In this document: piece by piece, positions 43,701 to 56,052 of the stretch
How the letters are laid out: every line of letters begins with the position of its first letter
How positions within the stretch are numbered: the stretch's first letter is position 1
NCBI GenBank assembly: GCA_964016885.1
Contig: CAXHJY010000552.1
Span: 1-64,000, forward strand
Reading direction: 5' to 3'
Length of the DNA: 64,000 bases
From: Eledone cirrhosa
Taxonomy: Eukaryota
Made by a program: the position numbers and the translations under genes
The notes under the pieces: generated by a model
Seen by the model: only the letters and a program-made list of their open reading frames with translations
Databases searched by the model: none
Told to the model about the DNA's origin: nothing

Positions 43701-46700
43701 AACGTCTTTGGTAGTTATAGTGGTGTTAACATCTTTGGTAGTTATAGTGGTGTTAACGTTTTTGGTAGTTATAGTGGTGTTAACGTCTTTGGTAGTTATA
43801 GTGGTGTTAACGTCTTTGGTAGTTATAGTGGTGCTAACGTCTTTGGTAGTTATAGTGGTGCTAACGTCTTTGGTAGTTATAGTGGTGCTAACGTCTTTGG
43901 TAGTTATAGTGGTGTTAACATCTTTGGTAGTTATAGTGGTGCTAACATCTTTGGTAGTTATAATGGTGCTAACATCTTTGGTAGTTATAATGGTGCTAAC
44001 ATCTTTGGTAGTTATAGTGGTTCTAACGTCTTTGGTAGTTCTAGTGGTGTTAACATCTTTGGTAGTTATAATGGTGCTAACATCTTGGGTAGATATAGTG
44101 GTGTTAACGTCTTTGGTAGTTATAGTGGTGCTAACGTCTTTGGTAGTTATAGTGGTGCTAACATCTTTGGTAGTTCTAGTGGTGCTAACGTCTTTAGTAG
44201 TTATAATGGTTCTAACATCTTTGGTAGTTATAGTGGTGTTAACATCTTTGGTAGTTATAGTGGTGCTAACATCTTTGGTCGTTATAGAGGTGCTAACTTC
44301 TTTGGTAGTTATAGTGGTGCTAACTTCTTTGGTAGTTATAGTGGTGATAACGTCTTTGGTAGTTATAGTGGTGTTAACATCTTTCGTAGTTATAGTGGTG
44401 TTAACGTCTTTTGTAGTTATAGTGGTGCTAACATCTTTCGTAGTTATAGTGGTGCTAACGTCTTTGGTAGTTATAGTGGTGTTAACGTCTTTGGTAGTTA
44501 TAGTGGTGTTAACATCTTTGGTAGTTATAGTGGTGCTAACGTCTTTGGTAGTTATAGTGGTGTTAACATCTTTGGTAGTTCTAGTGGTGCTAACATCTTT
44601 GGTAGTTATAGTGGTGTTAACGTCTTTGGTAGTTATAGTGGTGTTAACATCTTTGGTAATTATAGTGGTGCTAACGTCGTTGGTAGTTATAGTGGTGTTA
44701 ACATCTTTGGTAGTTCCAGTGGTGTTAACATCTTTGGTAGTTATAGTGGTGTTAACGTCTTTGGTGGTTATAGTGGTGCTAACGTCGTTGGTAGTTATAG
44801 TGGTGTTAACGTCTTTGGTAGTTATAGTGGTGTTAACATCTTTGGTAATTATAGTGGTGATAACGTCGTTGGTAGTTATAGTGGTGATAACGTCGTTGGT
44901 AGTTATAGTGGTGTTAACATCTTTGGTAGTTATAGTGGTGTTAACATCTTTGGTAATTCTAGTGGTTTTAACATCTTTGGTAGTTATAGTGGTGCTAACG
45001 TCTTTGGTAGTTATAGTTGTGCTAACGTCTTTGGTAGTTATATTGGTGCTAACATCTTTGGTAGTTATATTGGTGCTAACATCTTTGGTAGTTATAGTGG
45101 TGCTAACATCTTTGGTAGTTATAGTGGTGCTAACGTCTTTGGTAGTTATAGTGGTGCTAACATCTTTGGTAGTTTTAGTGGTGCTAACATCTTTGGTAGT
45201 TATAATGGTGCTAACAGCTTTGGTAGTTATAGTGGTGCTAACATCTTTGGTAGTTATAGTGGTGCTAACATCTTTGGTAGTTATAGTGGTGCTAACATCT
45301 TTGGTAGTTATAGTGGTGCTAACATCTTTGGTAGTTATAGTGGTGCTAACATCTTTGGTAGTTATAGTGGTGCTAACATCTTTGATAGTCATAGTGGTGC
45401 TAACATCTTTGGTAGTTATAGTGGTGCTAACGTCTTTGGTAGTTATAGTGGTGCTAACATCTTTGGTAGTTATAGTGGTTCTAACGTCTTTGGTAGTTCT
45501 AGTGGTGTTAACATCTTTGGTAGTTATAATGGTGCTAACATCTTTGGTAGTTATAATGGTGCTAACATCTTGGGTAGATATAGTGGTGTTAACGTCTTTG
45601 GTAGTTCTAGTGGTGCTAACATCTTTGGTAGTTATAGTGGTGCTAACGTCTTTGGTAGTTATAGTGGTGCTAACATCTTTGGTAGTTCTAGTGGTGCTAA
45701 CGTCTTTAGTAGTTATAATGGTTCTAACATCTTTGGTAGTTATAGTGGTGTTAACATATTTGGTAGTTATAGTGGTGCTAACATCTTTGGTCGTTATAGA
45801 GGTGCTAACTTCTTTGGTAGTTATAGTGGTGCTAACTTCTTTGGTAGTTATAGTGGTGATAACGTCTTTGGTAGTTATAGTGGTGTTAACATCTTTCGTA
45901 GTTATAGTGGTGTTAACGTCTTTTGTAGTTATAGTGGTGCTAACATCTTTCGTAGTTATAGTGGTGCTAACGTCTTTGGTAGTTATAGTGGTGTTAACGT
46001 CTTTGGTAGTTATAGTGGTGTTAACATCTTTGGTAGTTATAGTGGTGCTAACGTCTTTGGTAGTTATAGTGGTGTTAACATCTTTGGTAGTTCTAGTGGT
46101 GCTAACATCTTTGGTAGTTATAGTGGTGCTAACGTCTTTGGTAGTTATAGTGGTGTTAACATCTTTGGTAATTATAGTAGTGCTAACGTCGTTGGTAGTT
46201 ATAGTGGTGTTAACATCTTTGGTAGTTCCAGTGGTGCTAACATCTTTGGTAGTTATAGTTGTGCTAACGTCTTTGGTAGTTATATTGGTGCTAACATCTT
46301 TGGTAGTTATATTGGTGCTAACATCTTTGGTAGTTATAGTGGTGCTAACATCTTTGGTAGTTATAGTGGATTTAACGTCTTTGGTAGTTATAGTGGTGCT
46401 AACATCTTTGGTAGTTTTAGTGGTGCTAACATCTTTGGTAGTTATAATGGTGCTAACATCTTTGGTAGTTATAGTGGTGCTAACATCTTTGGTAGTTATA
46501 GTGGTGCTAACATCTTTGGTAGTTATAGTGGTGCTAACATCTTTGGTAGTTATAGTGGTGCTAACATCTTTGGTAGTTATAGTGGTGCTAACATCTTTGG
46601 TAGTTATAGTGGTGCTAACATCTTTGATAGTCATAGTGGTGCTAACATCTTTGGTAGTTATAGTGGTGCTAACGTCTTTGGTAGTTATAGTGGTGCTAAC

Positions 46701-49700
46701 ATCTTTGGTAGTTATAGTGGTTCTAACGTCTTTGGTAGTTCTAGTGGTGTTAACATCTTTGGTAGTTATAATGGTGCTAACATCTTTGGTAGTTATAATG
46801 GTGCTAACATCTTGGGTAGATATAGTGGTGTTAACGTCTTTGGTAGTTCTAGTGGTGCTAACATCTTTGGTAGTTATACTGGTGCTAACGTCTTTGGTAG
46901 TTATAGTGGTGCTAACATCTTTGGTAGTTCTAGTGGTGCTAACGTCTTTAGTAGTTATAATGGTTCTAACATCTTTGGTAGTTATAGTGGTGTTAACATA
47001 TTTGGTAGTTATAGTGGTGCTAACATCTTTGGTCGTTATAGAGGTGCTAACTTCTTTGGTAGTTATAGTGGTGCTAACTTCTTTGGTAGTTATAGTGGTG
47101 CTAACTTCTTTGGTAGTTATAGTGGTGATAACGTCTTTGGTAGTTATAGTGGTGTTAACATCTTTCGTAGTTATAGTGGTGTTAACGTCTTTTGTAGTTA
47201 TAGTGGTGCTAACATCTTTCGTAGTTATAGTGGTGCTAACGTCTTTGGTAGTTATAGTGGTGTTAACGTCTTTGGTAGTTATAGTGGTGTTAACATCTTT
47301 GGTAGTTATAGTGGTGCTGACGTCTTTGGTAGTTATAGTGGTGTTAACATCTTTGGTAGTTCTAGTGGTGCTAACATCTTTGGTAGTTATAGTGGTGCTA
47401 ACGTCTTTGGTAGTTATAGTGGTGTTAACATCTTTGGTAATTATAGTGGTGCTAACGTCGTTGGTAGTTATAGTGGTGTTAACATCTTTGGTAGTTCCAG
47501 TGGTGTTAACATCTTTGGTAGTTATAGTGGTGTTAACGTCTTTGGTGGTTATAGTGGTGCTAACGTCGTTGGTAGTTATAGTGGTGTTAACGTCTTTGGT
47601 AGTTATAGTGGTGTTAACATCTTTGGTAATTATAGTGGTGATAACGTCGTTGGTAGTTATAGTGGTGTTAACATCTTTGGTAGTTATAGTGGTGTTAACA
47701 TCTTTGGTAGTTCTAGTGGTGTTAACGTCTTTGGTAGTTATAGTAGTGCTAACGTCTTTGGTAGTTATAGTGGTGCTAACATCTTTGGTAGTTATAGTCG
47801 TGTTAACGTCTTTGGTAGTTATAGTGGTGTTAACATCTTTGGTAGTTATAGTGGTGTTAACGTTTTTGGTAGTTATAGTGGTGTTAACGTCTTTGGTAGT
47901 TATAGTGGTGTTAACGTCTTTGGTAGTTATAGTGGTGCTAACGTCTTTGGTAGTTATAGTGGTGCTAACGTCTTTGGTAGTTATAGTGGTGTTAACATCT
48001 TTGGTAGTTATAGTGGTGCTAACATCTTTGGTAGTTATAATGGTGCTAACATCTTTGGTAGTTATAGTGGTGCTAACATCTTTGGTAGTTATAGTTGTGC
48101 TAACGTCTTTGGTAGTTATATTGGTGCTAACATCTTTGGTAGTTATAGTGGTGCTAACATCTTTGGTAGTTATAGTAGTGCTCACATCTTTGGTAGTTAT
48201 AGTGGTGCTCACATCTTTGGTAGTTATAGTGGTGCTCACATCTTTGGTAGTTATAGTGGTGCTAACATCTTTGGTAGTTATAGTGGTTCTAACGTCTTTG
48301 GTAGTTCTAGTGGTGTTAACATCTTTGGTAGTTATAATGGTGCTAACATCTTTGGTAGTTATAATGGTGCTAACATCTTGGGTAGATATAGTGGTGTTAA
48401 CGTCTTTGGTAGTTCTAGTGGTGCTAACATCTTTGGTAGTTATAGTGGTGCTAACATCTTTGGTAGTTATAGTGGTGCTAACGTCTTTGGTAGTTATAAT
48501 GGTTCTAACATCTTTGGTAATTATACTGGTGTTAACATCTTTGGTAATTATAGTGGTGTTAACATCTTTGGTAGTTATAGTGGTGCTAACGTCTTTGGTA
48601 GTTATAGTGGTGCTAACTTCTTTGGTTGTTATAGTGGTGCTAACGTCTTTGGTAGTTATAGTGGTGTTAACATCTTTCGTAGTTATAGTGGTGTTAACGT
48701 CTTTTGTAGTTATAGTGGTGCTAACATCTTTCGTAGTTATAGTGGTGCTAACGTCTTTGGTAGTTATAGTGGTGTTAACGTCTTTGGTAGTTATAGTGGT
48801 GTTAACATCTTTGGTAGTTATAGTGGTGCTAACGTCTTTGGTAGTTATAGTGGTGTTAACATCTTTGGTAGTTCTAGTGGTGCTAACATCTTTGGTAGTT
48901 ATAGTGGTGCTAACGTCTTTGGTAGTTATAGTGGTGTTAACGTCTTTGGTATTTATAGTGGTGTTAACATCTTTGGTAATTATAGTGGTGCTAACGTCGT
49001 TGGTAGTTATAGTGGTGTTAACATCTTTGGTAGTTCCAGTGGTGTTAACATCTTTGGTAGTTATAGTGGTGTTAACGTCTTTGGTGGTTATAGTGGTGCT
49101 AACGTCGTTGGTAGTTATAGTGGTGTTAACGTCTTTGGTAGTTATAGTGGTGTTAACATCTTTGGTAATTATAGTGGTGATAACGTCGTTGGTAGTTATA
49201 GTGGTGTTAACATCTTTGGTAGTTATAGTGGTGTTAACATCTTTGGTAGTTCTAGTGGTGTTAACGTCTTTGGTAGTTATAGTAGTGCTAACGTCTTTGG
49301 TAGTTATAGTGGTGCTAACATCTTTGGTAGTTATAGTCGTGTTAACGTCTTTGGTAGTTATAGTGGTGTTAACATCTTTGGTAGTTATAGTGGTGTTAAC
49401 GTTTTTGGTAGTTATAGTGGTGTTAACGTCTTTGGTAGTTATAGTGGTGTTAACGTCTTTGGTAGTTATATTGGTGCTAACATCTTTGGTAGTTATAGTG
49501 GTGCTAACGTCTTTGGTAGTTATAGTGGTGCTAACGTCTTTGGTAGTTATAGTGGTGTTAACATCTTTGGTAGTTATAGTGGTGCTAACATCTTTGGTAG
49601 TTATAATGGTGCTAACATCTTTGGTAGTTATAGTGGTGCTAACATCTTTGGTAGTTATAGTTGTGCTAACGTCTTTGGTAGTTATATTGGTGCTAACATC

Positions 49701-51685
49701 TTTGGTAGTTATAGTGGTGCTAACATCTTTGGTAGTTATAGTAGTGCTCACATCTTTGGTAGTTATAGTGGTGCTCACATCTTTGGTAGTTATAGTGGTG
49801 CTCACATCTTTGGTAGTTATAGTGGTGCTAACATCTTTGGTAGTTATAGTGGTTCTAACGTCTTTGGTAGTTCTAGTGGTGTTAACATCTTTGGTAGTTA
49901 TAATGGTGCTAACATCTTTGGTAGTTATAATGGTGCTAACATCTTGGGTAGATATAGTGGTGTTAACGTCTTTGGTAGTTCTAGTGGTGCTAACATCTTT
50001 GGTAGTTCTAGTGGTGCTAACATCTTTGGTAGTTATAGTGGTGCTAACATCTTTGGTAGTTATAGTGGTGCTAACGTCTTTGGTAGTTATAATGGTTCTA
50101 ACATCTTTGGTAATTATAGTGGTGTTAACATCTTTGGTAATTATAGTGGTGTTAACATCTTTGGTAGTTATAGTGGTGCTAACGTCTTTGGTAGTTATAG
50201 TGGTGCTAACTTCTTTGGTTGTTATAGTGGTGCTAACGTCTTTGGTAGTTATAGTGGTGTTAACATCTTTCGTAGTTATAGTGGTGTTAACGTCTTTTGT
50301 AGTTATAGTGGTGCTAACATCTTTCGTAGTTATAGTGGTGCTAACGTCTTTGGTAGTTATAGTGGTGTTAACGTCTTTGGTAGTTATAGTGGTGTTAACA
50401 TCTTTGGTAGTTATAGTGGTGCTAACGTCTTTGGTAGTTATAGTGGTGTTAACATCTTTGGTAGTTCTAGTGGTGATAACGTCTTTGGTAGTTATAGTGG
50501 TGTTAACATCTTTGGTAATTATAGTGGTGCTAACGTCGTTGGTAGTTATAGTGGTGTTAACATCTTTGGTAGTTCCAGTGGTGTTAACGTCTTTGGTAGT
50601 TATAGTAGTCCTAACGTCTTTGGTAGTTATAGTGGTGTTAACGTCTTTGGTAGTTATAGTGGTGTTAACATCTTTGGTAATTATAGTGGTGCTAACGTCG
50701 TTGGTAGTTATAGTGGTGTTAACATCTTTGGTAGGTCTAGTGGTGTTAACGTCTTTGGTAGTTATAATGGTGTTAACATCTTTGGTAGTTCTAGTGGTGC
50801 TAACATCTTTGGTAGTTATAGTGGTACCAAGGTCTTTGGTAGTTATAGTGGTGCTAACGTCTTTGGTAGTAATATTGGTGCTAACGTCTTTGGTAGTTAT
50901 AGTGGTGCTAACGTCTTTGCTAGTTCTATTGGTGCTAACATCTTTGGTAGTTATAGTGGTACCAAGGTCTTTGGTAGTTATAGTGGTGCTAACGTCTTTG
51001 GTAGTTCTAGTGGTGTTAACGTCTTTGGTAGTTCTAGTGGTGCTAACGTCTTTGGTAGTTATAGTGGTGCTCACATGTTTGGTAGTTATAGTGGTGCTAA
51101 CGTCTTTGGTATTTCTAGTGGTGTTAACGTCTTTGGTAGTTATAGTGGTGCTAACATCTTTGGTAGTTATAGTGGTGCTAACATCTTTGGTAGTTATAGT
51201 GGTGCTAACATCTTTGGTAGTTATAGTGGTGCTAACATCTTTGGTAGTTATAGTGGTGCTAACATCTTTGGTAGTTATAGTGGTGCTAACATCTTTGGTA
51301 GTTATAGTGGTGCTCACATGTTTGGTAGTGATAGTGGTGCTAACGTCTTTGGTAGTTATAGTGGTGCTAACGTCTTTGGTAGTTATAGTGATACCAAGGT
51401 CTTTGGTAGTTATAGTGGTACCAAGGTCTTTGGTAGTTATAGTGGTACCAAGGTCTTTGGTAGTTATAGTGGTGCTAACATCTTTGGTAGTTATAGTGGT
51501 GTTAACGTCTTTGGTAGTTCTAGTGGTGCTAACGTCTTTGGTAGTTATAGTGGTGCTCACATGTTTGGTAGTTATAGTGGTGCTAACGTCTTTGGTAGTA
51601 ATAGTGGTGCTAACGTCTTTGGTAGTTATAGTGGTGCTAACGTCTTTGCTAGTTCTAGTGGTGCTAATGTCTTTGATAATAGTTA
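19744..51685. repeat. ~32-kb tandem array of about 1,180 copies of a 27-bp unit, consensus GTGGTGCTAACATCTTTGGTAGTTATA
   Basis: The 27-bp period is directly visible (9-aa period in translation). Units are degenerate at both edges, and only two 1-bp indels are evident (about 33378 and 34319). Confidence 0.99.
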
Positions 51686-51799
51686 GGATGCTAAATGTCT
51701 TACAACTATAATTGTTTGCAAGATGCTCTTTAAAATAAAGTACAAATCCTTGAGTACTAAAAGGAATTATGATTACTATAAGAGAAGAGAGTATGTTCA

Positions 51800-51945
51800 T
51801 GTGGCCTAGTGGCAAGAGTGTTAGGCTTATAATCATAATGTTGTGGGTTCAATCATCAGATCCTTCTGCACATTGTATTCTTGAGCGAGACACTTCATTT
51901 CACATTACTGTACTTCACTCAACTGAAAATTGAGTACCCAAAGCA
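51800..51945 (+). mobile_element. tRNA-derived SINE head
   Basis: Box A TGGCCTAGTGG, box B GGGTTCAATC, core TGTATTCTTGAGCGAGACACTTCATTTCAC. Confidence 0.8.
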
Positions 51946-52229
51946 GCTTGAGATTAACCATCTGACAGATTGACGTCCCACTGAGGGAGAGAGATTATGT
52001 ATTCTATTTTTTAATGCCTCATAAGCCTAGATAAGTTCTGACCTGATGTAACACTAAGCGTGTGACAGACTTTTAAAATAATAAGCAAAGAAAGTGAAAT
52101 TATGATGGCTTTTAGTGAAGAAAATAAAACAAATAAAATATTGATTTATAACCTCAATCTTTGTTTTTAATGACTGAGAGAAATGAAGTGGTTGATCCAA
52201 TGTGTGAAATATTTCTATAATTAGCAGTT

Positions 52230-52480
52230 TTAATACTAACCCACATGAAACTGGCCTTGGTGCAATGATACAAAATTGTCTATTTCAGAGGGTTTATATT
52301 TATCTCAAAACCATTCAAAATAATTTTATGTACAAACTTTTGTTATGTTCCAAACATCAACTTCATAATGAGAAAGTTAGTTATATTTCTAAATCCCTCC
52401 AAATTCTTGACTATTTTCAAAATTGTTTAAAAATCATAAACTGTGTCTTTCATTAGAAAATGGTCATGAAATGGTTAAGT
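52230..52480. repeat. Old non-autonomous DNA-transposon-like repeat, copy 1
   Basis: ATGATACAAAA..TATTTATCT.AAAACC..TCCAAACA.CAACTT.ATAATG..CTAAATCC.TCCAA..CTTTCATTAGA is shared with 54790-55027. Confidence 0.6.
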
Positions 52481-52681
52481 GTTTATGTGACTATTATGGA
52501 CACATTATTGAAGTTTGCTTGTTTTTGTTTCCTATCAAACTAGTATTGCATGTTTATATTTGACTGATGGAAGCATGGCAGCCCCTGTGACTTCTGAAGA
52601 CAGTTTTTAGACTGGGAAGATTCATACAGAATTATAAAGTGGAGTTCATAAACCTATTTGAAGAGAATGCATTTGATTTAA

Positions 52682-52883
52682 CCCTTTAGTATTTACATTA
52701 CTCTATATTTACTATTATATTTTCACGGTAAAGGCTTTAACTCACATAATTATCTCACATAATATCGAATCTATGAGATTTTGATATTATTTATTTTGAG
52801 AACAATACCTTAACATCAGTATGAGTGAACAGAAAGAGGTGAAAGATTTCTGACCAGATACAGCTGGTTTAAATGCTAAAGGG
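52682..52883. mobile_element. 202-bp piggyBac-type MITE
   Basis: TTAA|CCCTTTAGTATTTACA ... TTTAAATGCTAAAGGG|TTAA: CCC-starting terminal inverted repeats and a TTAA duplication. Confidence 0.85.
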
Positions 52884-53239
52884 TTAAATAAATGCCAAAA
52901 TGAAAATTAAAAAAAGGAATACAGTTTTTCAGAAACTAGTAATGTTCAATCATGAGATCATTCAAGGAAAATATGTTGCTTTCAGATGAAAAGTTATTGG
53001 CTTAAATATGAGGTTGAACATCTTACCATTTTCTAACAATTGTTGTAAGAAATCAATTCTGAATCATATTACATCTTTATTGCCATTGTGACTCTAAAGT
53101 AATGATGGTAGATTTGTTGAATTGTTGAAGTGGTAGTGTTTGTTTTGGCTCTTTACATTCTCGGTTTAAATCCCACTGTAGCCTATTTTTGTCTTATTGT
53201 TCTTATTCCTGGGAGGGTTGTGGGGGCAGAGTTCTTAAA

Positions 53240-53565
53240 CACACTTTCTAGCAGGTCCTGTCAGAAGCAACCATCTCTTTTGATTTGGCAGGATTCCCAA
53301 GTGAGATCAGCCAAGTTCATGGATGTTATCCAACAATTTTGCTCGAGATCTACCACTGGGTCTTTTATCAGTTGGTTTTGCCCCTAAAATCTGTCCAGCA
53401 GATCTTTCCTTAGACATTCTAACCACTTGTCCATAGTATCGGAACTATGATCTCTCAATTTGGAGAAGTTGCGACTCTACCTGGAGTGATTCTCTGATCT
53501 CCAGGCTAGGCACTCTGACGCTTCAAAGAAACTTCATTTTAGCTGCTTGTATTTGCAATCGTATT
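53240..53565 (-). mobile_element. Degenerate RTE-clade LINE 3' fragment
   Basis: The - strand peptides QIQAAKMKFL and IERS*FRYYGQVVRMSKER..KRPSGRSRAKLLDNI resemble RTE ORF C-termini. Confidence 0.7.
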
Positions 53566-54304
53566 TTGTTGTGGACTTAGTCCGTTGCTAGATTTAATAC
53601 CATCCCCTGGCCTTTAAGTACTTTTAGTGGAGTCAACTCTGATACAAGCATTTGGTATAGGTTTCTGATTTGCAGGTACCTTCCTCTCTCCCTCAGAAAA
53701 GGTCATGGACATGGCACTCCCTTCCTGACAAAACAATACAAAAAAAGACATTTTCAAATTACTTACCATATATTCTTTACATTACCTGTTTCAATAGATG
53801 ATTTATTTTATATAAAACTCAAATACCTTTATGTCTCAATACTACAAAGGAAAGTAATATTACAAAGACAAACTTCTGTATATTATATTTGGGATTCAGA
53901 CAACCTAGTTTTCTTACCTTACAAATTACATGATAACAGTCGACAACATACTCCCTTTTTGTGATAATCATGTTTACCCATTATGTTTGATACGGTTTAC
54001 TTTTCATATTCATATTCTCCCAATACACTTTCTTTTTTTTTTTTAACAGCAGTAATTTTATTAGCAATTTAGAAGGAATTATAATGTCCTTCCTGTATGT
54101 TATGTTTTGTATTTATAACAAAACCTGTTAAGGTGGGGTTACATAAAAGACATTTTTCTCAGCAATTTTTTACGGTGTTAGACTTCTTTCAATGATAGAC
54201 ACAAAATATTGTTTTTTTTTGTAGTCTTTAAACTATAACATAGAAACATTCCAATTTGTCCTGGTTGTTCTATTGAGTAGGAAACTTGTCAGAAAAGTTG
54301 GTGT

Positions 54305-54632
54305 AGGCACAGGCATGGTTGAGTGGTTAAGGAGTTCACTTTGCAACCAGTTGGATCTGGGTTCTGTCCCACTGTATGGCAACGTGGGTTAATGTATTTT
54401 ACTATAGCCTCAGATTGACCAATGCTTGCAAGGGAAATTTAGTAAGGGAAACTTGAGAGGCCATTATGTATATCCATGTCTGTGTTTATATCCCCTAAAT
54501 TAGCAGTTTTACAAAAGAGATTGATAAAATATCAGGCTTAAAAACAAAGGAATATTGAGGTTGATATGATCAACTAAATCAAGGTGGTGCTCTTGCACAA
54601 CCATAGTCTACTGATTGAAACAAGTAAAAGAA
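54305..54632 (+). mobile_element. Degenerate tRNA-derived SINE
   Basis: GGCATGGTTGAGTGGTTAAG..GGGTTCTGTCCCACTG head and a TGAAACAAGTAAAAGAATAAA tail. Confidence 0.65.
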
Positions 54633-54789
54633 TAAATGAATTTTCTAAAGGTAGAGTAATTTGTCCCAGAAAATAAAAAGAAGGGCTTATAGTTTTTGCA
54701 CTCAAGGCTTTGTTATATAAATAGAATTATAAACTAAGGGAACACATCAGGCTGATTGAGAAAAATTAAATGTATTCAATATTTATCTT

Positions 54790-55027
54790 TATCCCTTTTG
54801 ATACCAAACTGCCTTGAGTTGACCTGAATTCTATGATACAAAACTTTATTTTAATGTGTTTATATTTATCTAAAAACCTCCCATACTTTTATACAAGAAC
54901 CTTTTAAGTTATACTCCAAACACCAACTTAATAATGTTACTTAGTTACATTACTAAATCCTTCCAATTTCTTAATTTTTTTTTCACAAAGTTTCTTTCAT
55001 TAGAGATATGACAATGAAAAGATTAAA
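54790..55027. repeat. Old non-autonomous DNA-transposon-like repeat, copy 2 (possibly piggyBac-like ends)
   Basis: Similar to 52230-52480. Ends are TTAT-CCCTTT and AAAAGA-TTAA. Confidence 0.55.
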
Positions 55028-55924
55028 CAATTTATAGCAAAAATTTCTTTCATTAATGTAAAAGACATAAAGCTGAACTTTTGTTGAGATAAATAAAAAT
55101 ACTAAAATCTGAGAAAACTTGTGACGGTTTCTGTGTTGGCATAAAACAGTCATGTTGAGCCTGATGAAATCTTAAAAATTCATGTTTGTCTGTTTTCCAT
55201 CGGCAACCATCACTGAAATATCCTCCTTTTGGTTTCTATATTTATTTCCTGTTTTAACCTGAACTTATACAGACGTTCTTGTTTGTCTAAATATTGGATA
55301 AGGGAGAATTTAAAAAAAAAAAAACTAATAATACACTTATTTGCATTGGTTGGTTGCTTGGCTTAATGTGCATACCATACTTCCAGTCCTCTCCCCTCGT
55401 ATTGACACTGATTCAATACAACTCTGACTGTTGGAATTCCTCTATTTGTTTATTAATCACTTTTCTGCCTTGTCTTTCTATTATAACATACATAACTAAC
55501 CATTTACAGTAAAAAACAAAACAATGAAATGAAGGATGGGGAAGAATGCTTGGGTGTTTTGCCTAAGTGATGAACCTGTTATCTCCTAAATGTCAAACTT
55601 TTAGTATATTCTGCCTGTTATTTCAACCTGGTTAACAAAAAGAATGTTTATTACAGTTGGCAAAAGGTGGTATCTTAAGTATAAGTGTATTCTGCTGTAG
55701 AGCTCGGTGAGAGGAGAGGGTTGCTTAGTGCTCTTGTGAGTGGGATTTGATAGACATATATAGATATGTATGAACCCATAATTCCTGTTGGAGTCATAGC
55801 AGCATTGTAATGTCATATAGCATTTCTTGGGCATTTTTAAAACCTGATGGAACCCATTTCTTCTAAAGAAGGAGGGAGAGAGAGAGAATGATAGAAATAA
55901 ATAAGAGAAATGTAGAAGAAATAA

Positions 55925-56052
55925 CTCCAGTATTGGACTGGTTAGTTATCAACCTCAAAAGAATGAAAATTTACCTTGACGGGATTTGAACTCAGAACAA
56001 ATTCCACAAAGCATTTTACCCAACACTCTAACAATTCAGCCAATCTACCACC
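55925..56052 (-). mobile_element. Degenerate SINE-like repeat
   Basis: The - strand reads TTGGCTGAATTGTTAGAG..GTTCTGAGTTCAAATCCCG..GAGGTTGATAA, the same family as 13221-13425. Confidence 0.6.

Noticed and set aside
19744-51685. CRISPR array
   Set aside because: Units are head-to-tail with no unique spacers, the context is eukaryotic, and no cas genes are present.
35688-51686. (GANIFGSYS)n ORFs as FG-nucleoporin or ice-nucleation-like proteins
   Set aside because: This is an alternative frame of the same satellite, broken by several stops (for example 23655 and 35022), with no credible start or flanking domains.
19744-51711. 10,655-aa (VVLTSLVVI)n ORF as a real protein
   Set aside because: Entirely hydrophobic, with no unique domains. 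Only one substitution per consensus unit gives a stop, so long openness is expected.
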